Numbered from the stretch's first letter, positions 18,872-29,094 are shown. The stretch is DNA of 64,000 nt from Parcubacteria group bacterium (GCA_028286605.1 JAQBRE010000007.1:44537-108536); one strand, 5' to 3'. A program made the numbers and translations. The notes: generated from the letters alone by a model not told the origin.

Positions 18872-19873
18872 ATGATCAACCCGAACGCAAAATTAGTCGC
18901 TGACGTATTCGCGAAAGATATCGTGATGAAGCCGACCCGTGACGGATTCGGTACAGGCACGATCGAAGCAGGGCATGCAGACGTAAACGTCGTCGTGCTC
19001 TGCGCGGATCTTTCCGAAAGCACGCGTGCAGAGTGGTTCCAGAAAGAGTTTCCTGATCGCTTCATCGAAGTTGGAATCGGCGAACAGAATATGGCAGGGC
19101 TTGGTGCAGGCTTTGCTGCGGCAGATAAGGTTCCATTCATCGCCTCGTACGCAGCATTCAATCCAGGTCGCAATTACGAGCAGATCCGCACAACCATCGC
19201 CCTCAATGAGCGGCATGTCATCATCTGCGGCATGCATGCAGGAGTTTCTGTGGGGCCAGACGGCGCAACGCACCAGATGCTCGAAGACATCGGCCTCATG
19301 CGCATGCTTCCGCATATGACGGTTATAAATCCGGGCGATGCAGAAGAAGCACGCAAAGCCGTCGTCGCTGCCGCAAAAGCGAAGACACCTATATATATAC
19401 GGTTCGGCCGTGCGAATGTCGCGACGTTTACGACGCCAGAAACGCCGTTCGTTATCGGTAAGGCACTCACGGTGTGGGAAGGCGAGAAGCCGAAAGTCGC
19501 ATTGCTTTCAACCGGCGCGATGACCTATCAGGCACTGCAGGCTGCACGTGCGCTGGCTGCAGACGGAATCGAATCGATCGTATTGCATGTCCCGACTATT
19601 AAGCCGCTCGATGTCGAAGCAGTCATTGCTGCAGCGAAGCGTACCGGCTGCGTGATCACGATAGAAGAGCATCAAGTAGCGGGTGGTTTCGGAAGTGCGA
19701 TTGCGGAGTGCCTCTCAGAACACTATCCCGTTCCGGTAACGCGCATCGGCATACAGGACGTCTTCGGACAATCGGGTACGCCGGAAGAATTACTGGAGCA
19801 TTACGGCCTTTCTGCATCGAATATCGTGGAGGTTGCACGTGCGCAGGCGGGCGCGAAGCGCCCGCTCAAGTAG
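18872..19873 (+). CDS. tkt: Transketolase, C-terminal subunit
   Basis: EVGIGEQNM, GPDGATHQ, EEHQ..GGFGSA motifs; directly follows the N subunit. Confidence 0.95.
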   Translation: MINPNAKLVADVFAKDIVMKPTRDGFGTGTIEAGHADVNVVVLCADLSESTRAEWFQKEFPDRFIEVGIGEQNMAGLGAGFAAADKVPFIASYAAFNPGRNYEQIRTTIALNERHVIICGMHAGVSVGPDGATHQMLEDIGLMRMLPHMTVINPGDAEEARKAVVAAAKAKTPIYIRFGRANVATFTTPETPFVIGKALTVWEGEKPKVALLSTGAMTYQALQAARALAADGIESIVLHVPTIKPLDVEAVIAAAKRTGCVITIEEHQVAGGFGSAIAECLSEHYPVPVTRIGIQDVFGQSGTPEELLEHYGLSASNIVEVARAQAGAKRPLK

Positions 19874-19888
19874 GGCTATACTTTATAT

Positions 19889-20035
19889 ATGAAAATCCGC
19901 CGCGTCGACAGTATCTTCGGAGCTATTTTTATACTCATCGCTGGCGGCGCAGCGACATGGTTCATCGTGCATACGATAAACAATATTCCTCCGGTCTATC
20001 TTTCAGATCAGAACCTGCAGGCAGATGGCCTTTAA
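19889..20035 (+). CDS. 48-aa single-pass membrane microprotein (below ORF-track cutoff)
   Basis: MKIRRVDSIFGAIFILIAGGAATWFIVHTINNIPPVYLSDQNLQADGL*; TATACT 6 nt before the ATG; fills the gap exactly to the pfkB stop. Confidence 0.65.
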   Translation: MKIRRVDSIFGAIFILIAGGAATWFIVHTINNIPPVYLSDQNLQADGL

Positions 20036-21031
20036 TTAGAGGTCGCGTACCACGTACGAGCTCGGTGCCTTGTTCAGGAACTCAAGCAGTTCATTGCGCG
20101 TAAGGAGACCGGTCTGCGCGCCCACTTGCTGTACGACGCTCATAGAATTTATAGGGCCCCACAGCAATGCTTTCTCCAGCGGCTCGCCAAGCGCGAGCGC
20201 TGATGCGACCGTTGACGTGAAGGCATCGCCTGCGCCGGTGCGTTCGTAGGGGCCGCGCGTGTCGGGATACATCGGTACATACATCATGCGTGAGCCGTCG
20301 AAGGCATAGGCACCCTTTGTGCCGTCCGTTATCACAACTATCTTGGGACCGAGCTTAGCGAGGCCAACGAGCAAGCCGCGGATATCATCCAGGCGGTCTA
20401 TTCCAAGAATACGTCCGGCTTCTTCCTTATTGCAGCTGAAGAAATTAGTTCGCGCATACAGCGATGCGAGTGACTTCGTGCCGAGCGACATCTGGAACGT
20501 TCCTGGATTGAATGCGAGCTGTATTTCGGGATGCGCCTCGAGCATCTTCGCGAGCTCAAGATGATAGGGCAGCGTGTGGTCGGCAAGGGAAGAGAGGTAG
20601 ACCCACTTCGGCACATTCGGAAGTTCAGGAATCGTATACGAAAACTCCTCATGCTTCACCAAGATCGTGCGTTCGCTCTCGTACCACAGCACGTAGTGAT
20701 GGTTGGTTTTCTTCCCAGGCTCCGTAACCATATACGAGGTATCGATTTTCTCCTGCGTAAGACGTTCCATGCACTGCGCACCTTCGCTGTCTTCGCCAAC
20801 ATAGGCGCGCAGCGCCGAATTGAGTCCCAAGCGCGCGGCCGAGACGGCCGCATTCGCTGCATTTCCTACAGCCGGCATGAATACCGCATAGTCGTACGGA
20901 ATCTTATCGCCCCAGCTCATGCAGATCTGGCATTTGCTCGCGCCCTTGTCGCAATGCACTTCGGCTTCCTTCAGTCGGATGAACGGTTCGCACACGATGT
21001 CGCCGATGGCGAGGAAGTCGAGTTGATTCAT
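20036..21031 (-). CDS. PfkB-family carbohydrate kinase
   Basis: GNAANAAVSAARLG, N..EA, TGAGDAF signature. Confidence 0.92.
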   Translation of the reverse strand: MNQLDFLAIGDIVCEPFIRLKEAEVHCDKGASKCQICMSWGDKIPYDYAVFMPAVGNAANAAVSAARLGLNSALRAYVGEDSEGAQCMERLTQEKIDTSYMVTEPGKKTNHHYVLWYESERTILVKHEEFSYTIPELPNVPKWVYLSSLADHTLPYHLELAKMLEAHPEIQLAFNPGTFQMSLGTKSLASLYARTNFFSCNKEEAGRILGIDRLDDIRGLLVGLAKLGPKIVVITDGTKGAYAFDGSRMMYVPMYPDTRGPYERTGAGDAFTSTVASALALGEPLEKALLWGPINSMSVVQQVGAQTGLLTRNELLEFLNKAPSSYVVRDL

Positions 21032-21079
21032 GATGAAAGTATAGCAAGCGCATGCAGGGGTACGCTATACTGAACGCAC

Positions 21080-22078
21080 ATGCTTGACCTTACTGATATC
21101 GCGCAGTCGCTCGTCGCGCACGGAAAAGGAATCCTTGCCGCGGACGAAAGCGGTGACACCGCAGATAACAAACGACTGAAGCCCCATGGCATCGAGCCAT
21201 CAGAAGAGAATCGCCGAAAGTTCCGCGACCTCCTGCTCGCGACGCCAGGCGTAGAACAATATCTCACCGGCGTAATCCTGTACGACGAGACGTTGCATCA
21301 GAGCGACGATGCTGGCACGCCATTCGCGAAATCACTTTCGAATAAGGGAATCATCCCCGGTATCAAAGTGGATGAAGGTCTCGAGCCGTTCCCGGAAAGT
21401 CCTGACGAAACGATAACGAAAGGCTTGCTCGGCCTTCCTGAACGCCTCGCTGAATATAAGAAGACCTACGACACCGGCTTCACGAAGTGGCGCGCGGCGA
21501 TAAAGATAGATGGCACGCGCTTGCCCACCGCTCAGGCGATCCATGAGAATGCGAAGCGCCTCGCGATGTACGCGCTCGAAGTGCAGAAAGCCGGCATGGT
21601 ACCGATGGTGGAACCGGAAATGCTTCTCGACGGCAACCACAGCCGCATGCGCGCGAAGGAGGTCCTTACGGACGTGATAGGCATGCTGATGCAGGTGATG
21701 GAAGAACAAGCAGTAGACATGAGCGCGATCATTCTGAAAACGTCGATGGTTCTTTCGGGAAAAGACAGCGGACATACCGATACCCCTGAAGAAGTCGCTG
21801 CAGACACGATGAGCGTACTTATGGATACCGTACCTATAGAGGTGCCGGGCATAGTCTTCCTTTCAGGAGGTCAGTCTCCGGATCAGGCAACGACGAACCT
21901 CGCGGCTATCGCGAAGCTCGCGAAAGAGATGAATGCGCCATGGCCGCTTACGTTCTCCTATGCGCGCGCGCTGCAGGAAGATGCGCTCGCTACGTGGGCA
22001 GGAAAGGATGAGAATATCCCCGCAGCCCGCGAAGTATTCCTTGAACGTCTTAAGAAGGTGTCCGCAGCGCTAACCTAA
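21080..22078 (+). CDS. fba: Fructose-bisphosphate aldolase class I
   Basis: GKGILAADES, GIKVDEG, TKWR, PMVEPE, FLSGGQ, TFSYARALQ. Confidence 0.95.
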   Translation: MLDLTDIAQSLVAHGKGILAADESGDTADNKRLKPHGIEPSEENRRKFRDLLLATPGVEQYLTGVILYDETLHQSDDAGTPFAKSLSNKGIIPGIKVDEGLEPFPESPDETITKGLLGLPERLAEYKKTYDTGFTKWRAAIKIDGTRLPTAQAIHENAKRLAMYALEVQKAGMVPMVEPEMLLDGNHSRMRAKEVLTDVIGMLMQVMEEQAVDMSAIILKTSMVLSGKDSGHTDTPEEVAADTMSVLMDTVPIEVPGIVFLSGGQSPDQATTNLAAIAKLAKEMNAPWPLTFSYARALQEDALATWAGKDENIPAAREVFLERLKKVSAALT

Positions 22079-22083
22079 ATTCT

Positions 22084-22650
22084 ATGAAACGCGGATTCAC
22101 TCTTATCGAGCTTCTCGTCGTGATCGCGATTATCGGTACGCTCTCGTCAATCGTTCTTGCTTCGCTTAATTCTGCACGAGTGAAGGCGCGCGACGCGCAG
22201 CGGTTATCTGATGTTCATCAAATAACGAATGCGATTGAACTGTACGCAAATGATCATAATCCTGCGTACCCTTCAGTCGGCGGTTCATTGGTAGGTACGG
22301 CATGCTTAGGTCTCTCTGCGGGGTCTTGCTGGGGCGGTTTGGTGCTTGGAAACTCCTTCATTGCGGCCGATTTTCAGCCATTCATCCAAATGCCTGTAGA
22401 TCCGCTTCCCGCCCGAGGATTCGGAGATAGATATGTGTATGTGTTCGGACAAGTCTATAAGAACTGTGTCTTTGCGACGCCTTCTGCGCTAGGACATTTC
22501 ATCCTGTATGTTCCCGATGGCGGACTCGCTTCCACCACGTCTACCTGTGCGGTGGGAATCAATGCATGCTGTTTCAGTACTCCCCTCTGTAGTGTTGGCT
22601 CTCTGGGAACAATATCGCCGAATTTTTGCGCCGTAGCGCTTCCTGACTAG
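22084..22650 (+). CDS. Type IV pilin/pseudopilin-like protein
   Basis: Class III signal MKRG|FTLIELLVVIAIIG followed by ARDAQRLSD; 8 Cys in the head region. Confidence 0.92.
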   Translation: MKRGFTLIELLVVIAIIGTLSSIVLASLNSARVKARDAQRLSDVHQITNAIELYANDHNPAYPSVGGSLVGTACLGLSAGSCWGGLVLGNSFIAADFQPFIQMPVDPLPARGFGDRYVYVFGQVYKNCVFATPSALGHFILYVPDGGLASTTSTCAVGINACCFSTPLCSVGSLGTISPNFCAVALPD

Positions 22651-22697
22651 GCCGTTTCTTGCATTTCAGTGCGCATTCAGGCATACTAGGGCCTACT

Positions 22698-23354
22698 ATG
22701 AACACGCTCGCAGCAGAACCCCGCAGCATTACCGGCAAGGCCGTGAAGGAGCTCCTTACTAAGGATCAGATGCCTGCAGTCGTCTATGGACCTAAGCAGG
22801 AAGCGATGCCGATCTCGATCGGTCTCCTTGCATTCAAGCGCATGATCCGTGAGAACGGAGAGTCTTCGGTTATCGACCTCACCGGCCTCGGCACGCCGCT
22901 TCAGGTTCTTATTCACGAAGTGGATCGTGACCCCGTTACTAGCAGCCCGCGCCACGCAGATTTCTATGCGATCGAGAAGGGTGCGAAAGTCGAAGTCGCT
23001 ATTCCGCTTACCTTCATCGGCGAGTCCGCTGCAGTTAAGGGAGGTGCAAGCATGGTCAAGGTCATGCACGAGCTCGAAGTGTCTGCAGATGCGTCGAAGC
23101 TTCCTCATGAACTGGAAGTCGATATCAGCACGCTCGAGAACATCGGTGATCAGATCCACGTTAAGGACATCAAGCTTCCCGCAGGCGTTACGACTCCAGT
23201 AGATGGCGAAGAGGTCATCGTGCTCATCCAGGAAGTAGAAGTAGAGCCAGAAACGACCGAAGGTCCTGACATGGACGCTATCGAGGTTGAGCAGAAGGGC
23301 AAGGGTGAAGATGGTGACGCCGCTTCTACAGAAGACGCAGCTGCTGAAGGATAA
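22698..23354 (+). CDS. rplY: 50S ribosomal protein L25 (Ctc type)
   Basis: PAVVYG, HADFY, VEVAIPL, GDQIHVKDI; acidic tail. Confidence 0.93.
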   Translation: MNTLAAEPRSITGKAVKELLTKDQMPAVVYGPKQEAMPISIGLLAFKRMIRENGESSVIDLTGLGTPLQVLIHEVDRDPVTSSPRHADFYAIEKGAKVEVAIPLTFIGESAAVKGGASMVKVMHELEVSADASKLPHELEVDISTLENIGDQIHVKDIKLPAGVTTPVDGEEVIVLIQEVEVEPETTEGPDMDAIEVEQKGKGEDGDAASTEDAAAEG

Positions 23355-23393
23355 TAGTTTTAGATCTGAAGAAGAAAGAGACGCGCCTGTGGC

Positions 23394-23425
23394 GAGGATC
23401 GGCATCTTTTCGCCGATCCTCTTTC
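23394..23425 (+). terminator. Intrinsic terminator after rplY
   Basis: GAGGATCGGC/GCCGATCCTC 10-bp stem followed by TTTC. Confidence 0.6.
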
Positions 23426-23456
23426 AATATATGCATCGTGGTACACTGTTCCAGTT

Positions 23457-24881
23457 ATGTTCCTAAGGCAAAATCGGTTTGTTTTCGGTACAGGTGTACT
23501 TCTTTTCGTACTCCTCACGTGTACGCTTGTGCCTCAGATTACCCGTGCCCAAACAGCCACAGCGCCTGCAACAGACGATGTCGCTGCCAGGCGTGCCGCG
23601 CTTCAGTCCCAACTCGACCAGGTCGAAGCGCAGATTACCCAGACCCAAGGGACGCTCACCACGCTCCACGGCCAGCACTCTTCGCTTCAGAACGATATAA
23701 ATATTCTCGACACCGGAATAAAGAAAGCTCAGCTTCAGGTACAGGCAACGCAGATCCAGATTCAGGCATTGAATGAAAACATTACCGTGCATGCCAGCAC
23801 GATCGGCCAGCTCAGCGGAAAGCTTTCTGACGAACAGGCATCGCTCGCACAGATCGTACGTGAGACGCGCGAAGTTGATGACGAGTCGCTCGTAGAACTC
23901 GTTTTCTCTGCACAGGATGTTTCAGGCTTCTTTAACGATCTTGATTCCTTCGCGACGCTCAAGCAGCAGCTCGGCGCATCTTCGCAGCAGCTTACGCAAA
24001 CAAAGTCTGCTACGGAGACCGAGAAGCAGTCGCTCGAAGACCAGAAGACGCAGCAGACGCAGCTTGAAGCAGTGCAGGCCGCGGCGAAGCAAAGTATTGT
24101 AGACCAGCAGAATCAGAAGAAGACGCTGCTTGCGCAGACGACAACAAAGGAAACCACCTATCAGAGCATCTTCAATGCGCAGCAGCAGACCGCGACACAG
24201 ATTCGTGCTGAGCTCTTCGCCCTTGCCGGCGGCAATGGCACCATCACGCTGCCTATAGCTATCACGCTCGCCACGCAGGCAGGCGCTGCTACCGGCGTGC
24301 GTCCCGCGCTTATCCTTGGCATCTTGAAGCAGGAGACTAACCTCGGACAGAATCTTGGCAATGGCGTATGGACGGTAGACATGAGTCCGACGCGCGATCA
24401 GCCGGTCTTCAAAGTGATCATGGCGAATCTCGGTCTTGATCCAAATTCAGTGAAAGTCTCCAAAGCACAAGCTGGCGGCTGGGGCGGGGCGATGGGCCCG
24501 AGCCAGTTCATCCCTTCAACCTGGGCATGCTATGCCGGCTATATAAATACGACGACCGGTTCCTGCGGAAAGGGAACTGATGGCACCTATGCCGGCCCGT
24601 GGACATACGACGCATCGAAAGATCGCCTTGCGAAGGATGCAGGCCACCCAAGCACGCCTTCCAATCCGTATAACAATCTTGACGCATTCACTGCAACCGC
24701 GCTTCTGCTGGCAGATAATGGTGCATCGGCAAAGACTCCCGCTGCCGAGCGACTTTCAGCACTTCGCTACTACGCAGGATGGGGAGGTGCGACGAATCCT
24801 GCGTATTCCTTCTACGGCGACGGCGTAATGAATTACGCGACGCAGTTCCAGAGCGATATCGACACGCTTTCCGGCTCGTAG
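23457..24881 (+). CDS. Secreted coiled-coil + lytic murein transglycosylase (MltB/SLT_2-like)
   Basis: Signal peptide, long Gln-rich coiled coil, ILKQETNLG (catalytic Glu) and GAMGPSQFIPSTW motifs. Confidence 0.87.
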   Translation: MFLRQNRFVFGTGVLLFVLLTCTLVPQITRAQTATAPATDDVAARRAALQSQLDQVEAQITQTQGTLTTLHGQHSSLQNDINILDTGIKKAQLQVQATQIQIQALNENITVHASTIGQLSGKLSDEQASLAQIVRETREVDDESLVELVFSAQDVSGFFNDLDSFATLKQQLGASSQQLTQTKSATETEKQSLEDQKTQQTQLEAVQAAAKQSIVDQQNQKKTLLAQTTTKETTYQSIFNAQQQTATQIRAELFALAGGNGTITLPIAITLATQAGAATGVRPALILGILKQETNLGQNLGNGVWTVDMSPTRDQPVFKVIMANLGLDPNSVKVSKAQAGGWGGAMGPSQFIPSTWACYAGYINTTTGSCGKGTDGTYAGPWTYDASKDRLAKDAGHPSTPSNPYNNLDAFTATALLLADNGASAKTPAAERLSALRYYAGWGGATNPAYSFYGDGVMNYATQFQSDIDTLSGS

Positions 24882-24933
24882 TTGTTCACAAAGCAACACT
24901 AGCGCGCTTGGCTTGTGCGGTATCATATATCTA

Positions 24934-25962
24934 ATGCCACCGACACAACCCGCAGCGTCAATGCCAGCTGATCAGAGCACTGTTAGCCCACCTTCCTATC
25001 AGCTTCCTCCTGTTCCTCCGGCACCTCCTCATAGAGGTCGAACCATTACCCTAATCGTTGTAGGCGCCCTAATCGTATTGCTTGCCATTGTTGCCGGCCT
25101 CTATTACTTCACGCCGCTCGGCACTCAGCTGATGACTATGTTTGTGCCGACCTCGATTCCTACGGAATTGAAGAGCGCATCATTCCTTTCAGATACGCCG
25201 ACAGGGAACACGATCGTGTATCAGGGTACTGATTCAATAAAGACGCCTAAGGACGCAGGCACCGTTATAGTATCCGCGGTTGAAAATGCCAGCGGCGGTG
25301 CACGCATCACACGTTCGGCTGACGGCACGTTCAAAGTACTCCTCGACAATACTGTAGTGATTCAGGATACGAAACAGCGCATCGGTATCGATCGATCTCC
25401 TGACGGAAAGAGTGTCGTATTCGCGCAAGCAAGCAGTACAATCCCATTCATTCCTCCTGCTATCTCACCAACGTTGCATATAGACCGTAAGGGTTGGAAC
25501 GTATTGGTATATGTGCCGGCTTCGCACACTACCATCAATCTGGGTACAGGCGTGTCGCCATTCTTCATCGATACGACACATGTTGCGTGGCTCGCGCCTG
25601 CCGGTCTTGCGGTGGCAGACCTCTCGACAGGGCAATCCAAGATTCTCGTACCGGACACGACGGGACGTGCATCAGCCGCTACTCTTGTGTCTCCTGATCA
25701 CAGCGTGTTCGCTTGGTATCAGGGAGCAACGAAGACAATGATGCCGTACAAGGTTACTGCGACTGCGGCTATGGCATTGCCTAAGACGTTGATACCAGAT
25801 TCATTGCGCTGGGTAGCGCTCGGCAACGACTCGTTCTACGAGTTGCAGCCAGTCGCATCAGAAACGGAAATTCTCAAGCAGCCATTCGGTGCAAGCGCAA
25901 CGGTAGTTGGGCGTCTCCCGCTGTCGGCTGCCATAACTCGTCTGTGGCTCGGTTCAATTTAA
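24934..25962 (+). CDS. Membrane-anchored extracellular protein, possible beta-propeller
   Basis: Pro-rich N-terminus, one TM helix, SPDGK/SPDH (PD40/WD40-like) motifs. Confidence 0.7.
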   Translation: MPPTQPAASMPADQSTVSPPSYQLPPVPPAPPHRGRTITLIVVGALIVLLAIVAGLYYFTPLGTQLMTMFVPTSIPTELKSASFLSDTPTGNTIVYQGTDSIKTPKDAGTVIVSAVENASGGARITRSADGTFKVLLDNTVVIQDTKQRIGIDRSPDGKSVVFAQASSTIPFIPPAISPTLHIDRKGWNVLVYVPASHTTINLGTGVSPFFIDTTHVAWLAPAGLAVADLSTGQSKILVPDTTGRASAATLVSPDHSVFAWYQGATKTMMPYKVTATAAMALPKTLIPDSLRWVALGNDSFYELQPVASETEILKQPFGASATVVGRLPLSAAITRLWLGSI

Positions 25963-25973
25963 CTTCTATGCAT

Positions 25974-26933
25974 ATGCCTCGAATTTCATCGTCCCTCATT
26001 ACCAAGTCTCTCGTTACTCTTGTGGTGCTTATCGCAGGCGTGATCGTTTTCGCAAACCATACCCACACGGCACTTGCCGCTGGCGGTACCTATGCATTCA
26101 CCTCACAGTATCTTAGTTACGATGATACATGGATTCCTTGTACAAGCTTTAGCACCCCTACGGCCTTTAGCTGTAATGCGAGTACGGTAGGTAATAGCTT
26201 CGTCGCTAACGTGTGTCGCGGCCCCGGTTGGGATGTGACCGAGTACACGTGTACCTATACGCCGCCACCCGCAAGCGTGTGCACCGTGGATACGAGTTGT
26301 GCAGCAAACACCTGTACGACGAGCACCTGTACAGCAACGAACGCGGATTGTAGTACCAGTACGATTGCCGGTACCAAGAACTGTTCGGTTGCCTGCTCTG
26401 TAAGTAACACATGCGGTACGCTTACGAATACTGGAGTATTAATAGGTAGCGTGTGCAGTGCGCCGCCTCCTTCCGAAGCAACCTGTACTGCGCCACCTCC
26501 TAGCTGTGTTCCTAATGGAGCATGTACGGCAGCCAATACGTGTTCCGGCTCAACCTGTGTTGATAATTGCGGTACTACGTTTAATGGAACTATGACGGGT
26601 GGATCGTGTGTCGTTATTCCTCCTGGGCCCACTGTTTGTTCTAGTCCGACGGTTACCGTAACGGCATCACCGACGCGCGTGAAATCGGGAAGCACGACGG
26701 TCCTTACGATTACCGGAACAGGTCTTACCAGCAGCTGTACGCTTACCGGAACTGGCTCTGGCGCAACGGTGAATCAGGTGCTCACACCGACCTCGTGTAC
26801 GCTGAGCCCGAATCCAACGACCGTCACGACACCACCGATTACGACTCAATCTACCTTTACGGTTACGTGTGCTGATATCGCGGTACCCACTAAGATCATA
26901 GTGAATCTGAACCCAACATTCACCGCGTTCTAG
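25974..26933 (+). CDS. Secreted Cys/Thr-rich protein with C-terminal Ig-like domain
   Basis: Signal peptide ending ALA; 24 Cys; two AANTCxxSTC repeats. Start may be 25968. Confidence 0.75.
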   Translation: MPRISSSLITKSLVTLVVLIAGVIVFANHTHTALAAGGTYAFTSQYLSYDDTWIPCTSFSTPTAFSCNASTVGNSFVANVCRGPGWDVTEYTCTYTPPPASVCTVDTSCAANTCTTSTCTATNADCSTSTIAGTKNCSVACSVSNTCGTLTNTGVLIGSVCSAPPPSEATCTAPPPSCVPNGACTAANTCSGSTCVDNCGTTFNGTMTGGSCVVIPPGPTVCSSPTVTVTASPTRVKSGSTTVLTITGTGLTSSCTLTGTGSGATVNQVLTPTSCTLSPNPTTVTTPPITTQSTFTVTCADIAVPTKIIVNLNPTFTAF

Positions 26934-26944
26934 CGATAGTAAGG

Positions 26945-26990
26945 AGGACGCCCGTCAGGCATTGCCTGACGGGCGTCCTTTTGGTATAGT
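26945..26990 (+). terminator. 16-bp stem terminator overlapping a probable rpmE2 promoter
   Basis: AGGACGCCCGTCAGGC-ATT-GCCTGACGGGCGTCCT-TTT; TTGCCT (26962) N17 TATAGT (26985) overlaps it. Confidence 0.7.
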
Positions 26991-26999
26991 CATTCCACT

Positions 27000-27254
27000 A
27001 TGAAGAAAGACATCCACCCAGCCGATTACCGCACTGTGATGTTCGAGGACATGTCCTCGGGCGCGGTGTTCCTTATCGGTTCGACCATCCACACGAAAGA
27101 AACCGGCACACATGAGGGAAAGGAGTACCCGAAGGTTGTCGTTGAAATCTCCAGCAAGTCTCACCCGTTCTACACCGGTGAAGACCGTACGCTCGACAAG
27201 ACAGGACGTGTTGAGAAGTTCAAGCAGCGTGTCGCTGCAGCGAAGAATAAGTAA
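27000..27254 (+). CDS. rpmE2: 50S ribosomal protein L31 type B
   Basis: [25 protein letters not shown]; no CxxC. Confidence 0.96.
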   Translation: MKKDIHPADYRTVMFEDMSSGAVFLIGSTIHTKETGTHEGKEYPKVVVEISSKSHPFYTGEDRTLDKTGRVEKFKQRVAAAKNK

Positions 27255-27256
27255 GG

Positions 27257-27342
27257 CAAAAGGCTGGGAATAGCTTCTCTCGCGTCCTCGCCTCGGGCCC
27301 TGCACGGCTCCGGGCGCTGCGAGAACTATTCCCAGCCTTTTG
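27257..27342 (+). repeat. Structured intergenic element, copy A
   Basis: 17-bp perfect outer stem around a 52-nt core homologous to copy B (29095-29179). Confidence 0.85.
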
Positions 27343-27367
27343 TGTTGATATACTTCGAGCAACAACC

Positions 27368-28324
27368 ATGATTGAGTACTCATCTGATTTTAAGGCGAAT
27401 CACAAAACCGCGTACTTGGCGGAGGAGTTTGAGCGTCTGGAGGCAGAACGAAGTAGCGGAAGAGAAGCGGCAGGGGAGGACGCGGTGCTGCGTGAGATGG
27501 CTGCAGAAGATGAGGACCGTATTGATGCGCGGCAGAAGGAGATTCTCGGAACCATCGAGGATATTTTGAATAAGGATAAGGAGGAAGAAAGCTTGCCGAA
27601 GGCCGTGGTGTTGGAATTCCGTGCTGGCGCTGGCGGCGATGAAGCGACGTTGTTCGCTCAAGAGCTGAAGGAGATGTACCAGAAGTACGCAGAAGCGAAG
27701 GGTTGGCCAGTACGCGTTATAGATGAGCTCACGATCGAAGTGAGCGGAACGAAAGCGTATGAGGCGCTTCGGTACGAAACTGGCGTGCATCGCGTGCAGC
27801 GCGTTCCACAAACGGAAAAATCCGGACGTATACACACTTCAACTGCATCGGTCGCTTCGCTCCCTATTCGCACGAAGCCGAAGTTCGAGATCAACCCTAC
27901 GGATATCGAGATGGAATTCTCGCGCTCCGGCGGCGCAGGCGGCCAGAACGTGAACAAGGTGGAGTCTGCGGTGCGTCTCATTCACAAGCCGACGGGTATA
28001 GATGTTCGCTCAACGAGCGAACGCTCGCAGCTGAACAACCGCCTTAAGGCTATGGAAATCCTTTCCGCGAAGCTCGAAGCTATCTATGAGGAAGAAGAGG
28101 CAAAGAAGCACGCGGATATGCGCTCAGGCCAGATCGGTACGGGCGACCGCTCCGAGAAGATCCGCACCTATAACTTTCTGCAGGATCGCATCACGGATCA
28201 CCGCTTGAAAGAGTCCTGGCATAACCTGCCTAAAATCATGCTCGGAAACCTCGATCCTATCGTTGAGGCCCTTCAGGCTGCCGCAGCGAACGGGGGAGTG
28301 GGCGCTGCTGAGGATGCTGAGTAA
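27368..28324 (+). CDS. prfA: Peptide chain release factor 1 (shortened)
   Basis: [19 protein letters not shown] (PxT motif = RF1), [14 protein letters not shown]. Confidence 0.93.
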   Translation: MIEYSSDFKANHKTAYLAEEFERLEAERSSGREAAGEDAVLREMAAEDEDRIDARQKEILGTIEDILNKDKEEESLPKAVVLEFRAGAGGDEATLFAQELKEMYQKYAEAKGWPVRVIDELTIEVSGTKAYEALRYETGVHRVQRVPQTEKSGRIHTSTASVASLPIRTKPKFEINPTDIEMEFSRSGGAGGQNVNKVESAVRLIHKPTGIDVRSTSERSQLNNRLKAMEILSAKLEAIYEEEEAKKHADMRSGQIGTGDRSEKIRTYNFLQDRITDHRLKESWHNLPKIMLGNLDPIVEALQAAAANGGVGAAEDAE

Positions 28325-28387
28325 GTGTTTCGCGACGGTCTGTAAGGCCGTATTGCGCCCCTATATGGCGTGTGGTATCTTCTGTCT

Positions 28388-29089
28388 ATGACTACCGATA
28401 CATCGGCTGGGCCTGGCGTTGACGCTCTCTTTGCAGCGGGCGCTCACTTTGCCCAGGTGAAAAGCCGTCGCCACCCAACTATGAAGCCGTTCGTCCTTGG
28501 CTCTAAGAGCAAGGTTGAGATCTTCGATCTCGTTAAGACCGATGCACAGCTTGCAGCGGCTAAGACCGCTATCGCGGCGCTCGCACGCGACGGCAAGACC
28601 ATCCTCTTCGTCGGCGGCAAGCGCGAAGTATCCGATCAGGTTCGTGAAGCAGCGAAGCGCATCGGACAGCCGTATGTTGCTGGTCGCTGGCTCGGCGGCA
28701 CTATCTCTAACTTCGTAGAGATCAAGAAGCGTATCGACCGCCTTGCAGACCTCACCGAGAAGCGCTCTACTGGCGAACTCAGCAAGCTCTACACGAAGCT
28801 CGAGCGCGTCTACATCGACCGCGAAATCGACCGTCTCACTGAGCGCCTCGACGGTATCCGCAACCTCGCGAAGCGTCCTGACGCTATGGTTATCGTAGAC
28901 ACGAAGGCTGAGGCACACGCTTCTAAGGAAGCGAAGGATGCAGGCATTCCTGTTATCGGCATCATGAGCTCGGATTGCGATATCCACGATGCTGCATTCC
29001 CTATAGTCACTAATGACGCTTCACGCGCAACGGTGACTCTCGTTCTTCAGGAACTCACGAACGCGTTCGAAGTCGGTCAGAAGGGATAG
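28388..29089 (+). CDS. rpsB: 30S ribosomal protein S2
   Basis: AGAHF, RWLGGTISNF, EAKDAGIPVI, NDAS. Confidence 0.95.
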   Translation: MTTDTSAGPGVDALFAAGAHFAQVKSRRHPTMKPFVLGSKSKVEIFDLVKTDAQLAAAKTAIAALARDGKTILFVGGKREVSDQVREAAKRIGQPYVAGRWLGGTISNFVEIKKRIDRLADLTEKRSTGELSKLYTKLERVYIDREIDRLTERLDGIRNLAKRPDAMVIVDTKAEAHASKEAKDAGIPVIGIMSSDCDIHDAAFPIVTNDASRATVTLVLQELTNAFEVGQKG

Positions 29090-29094
29090 ATAGC

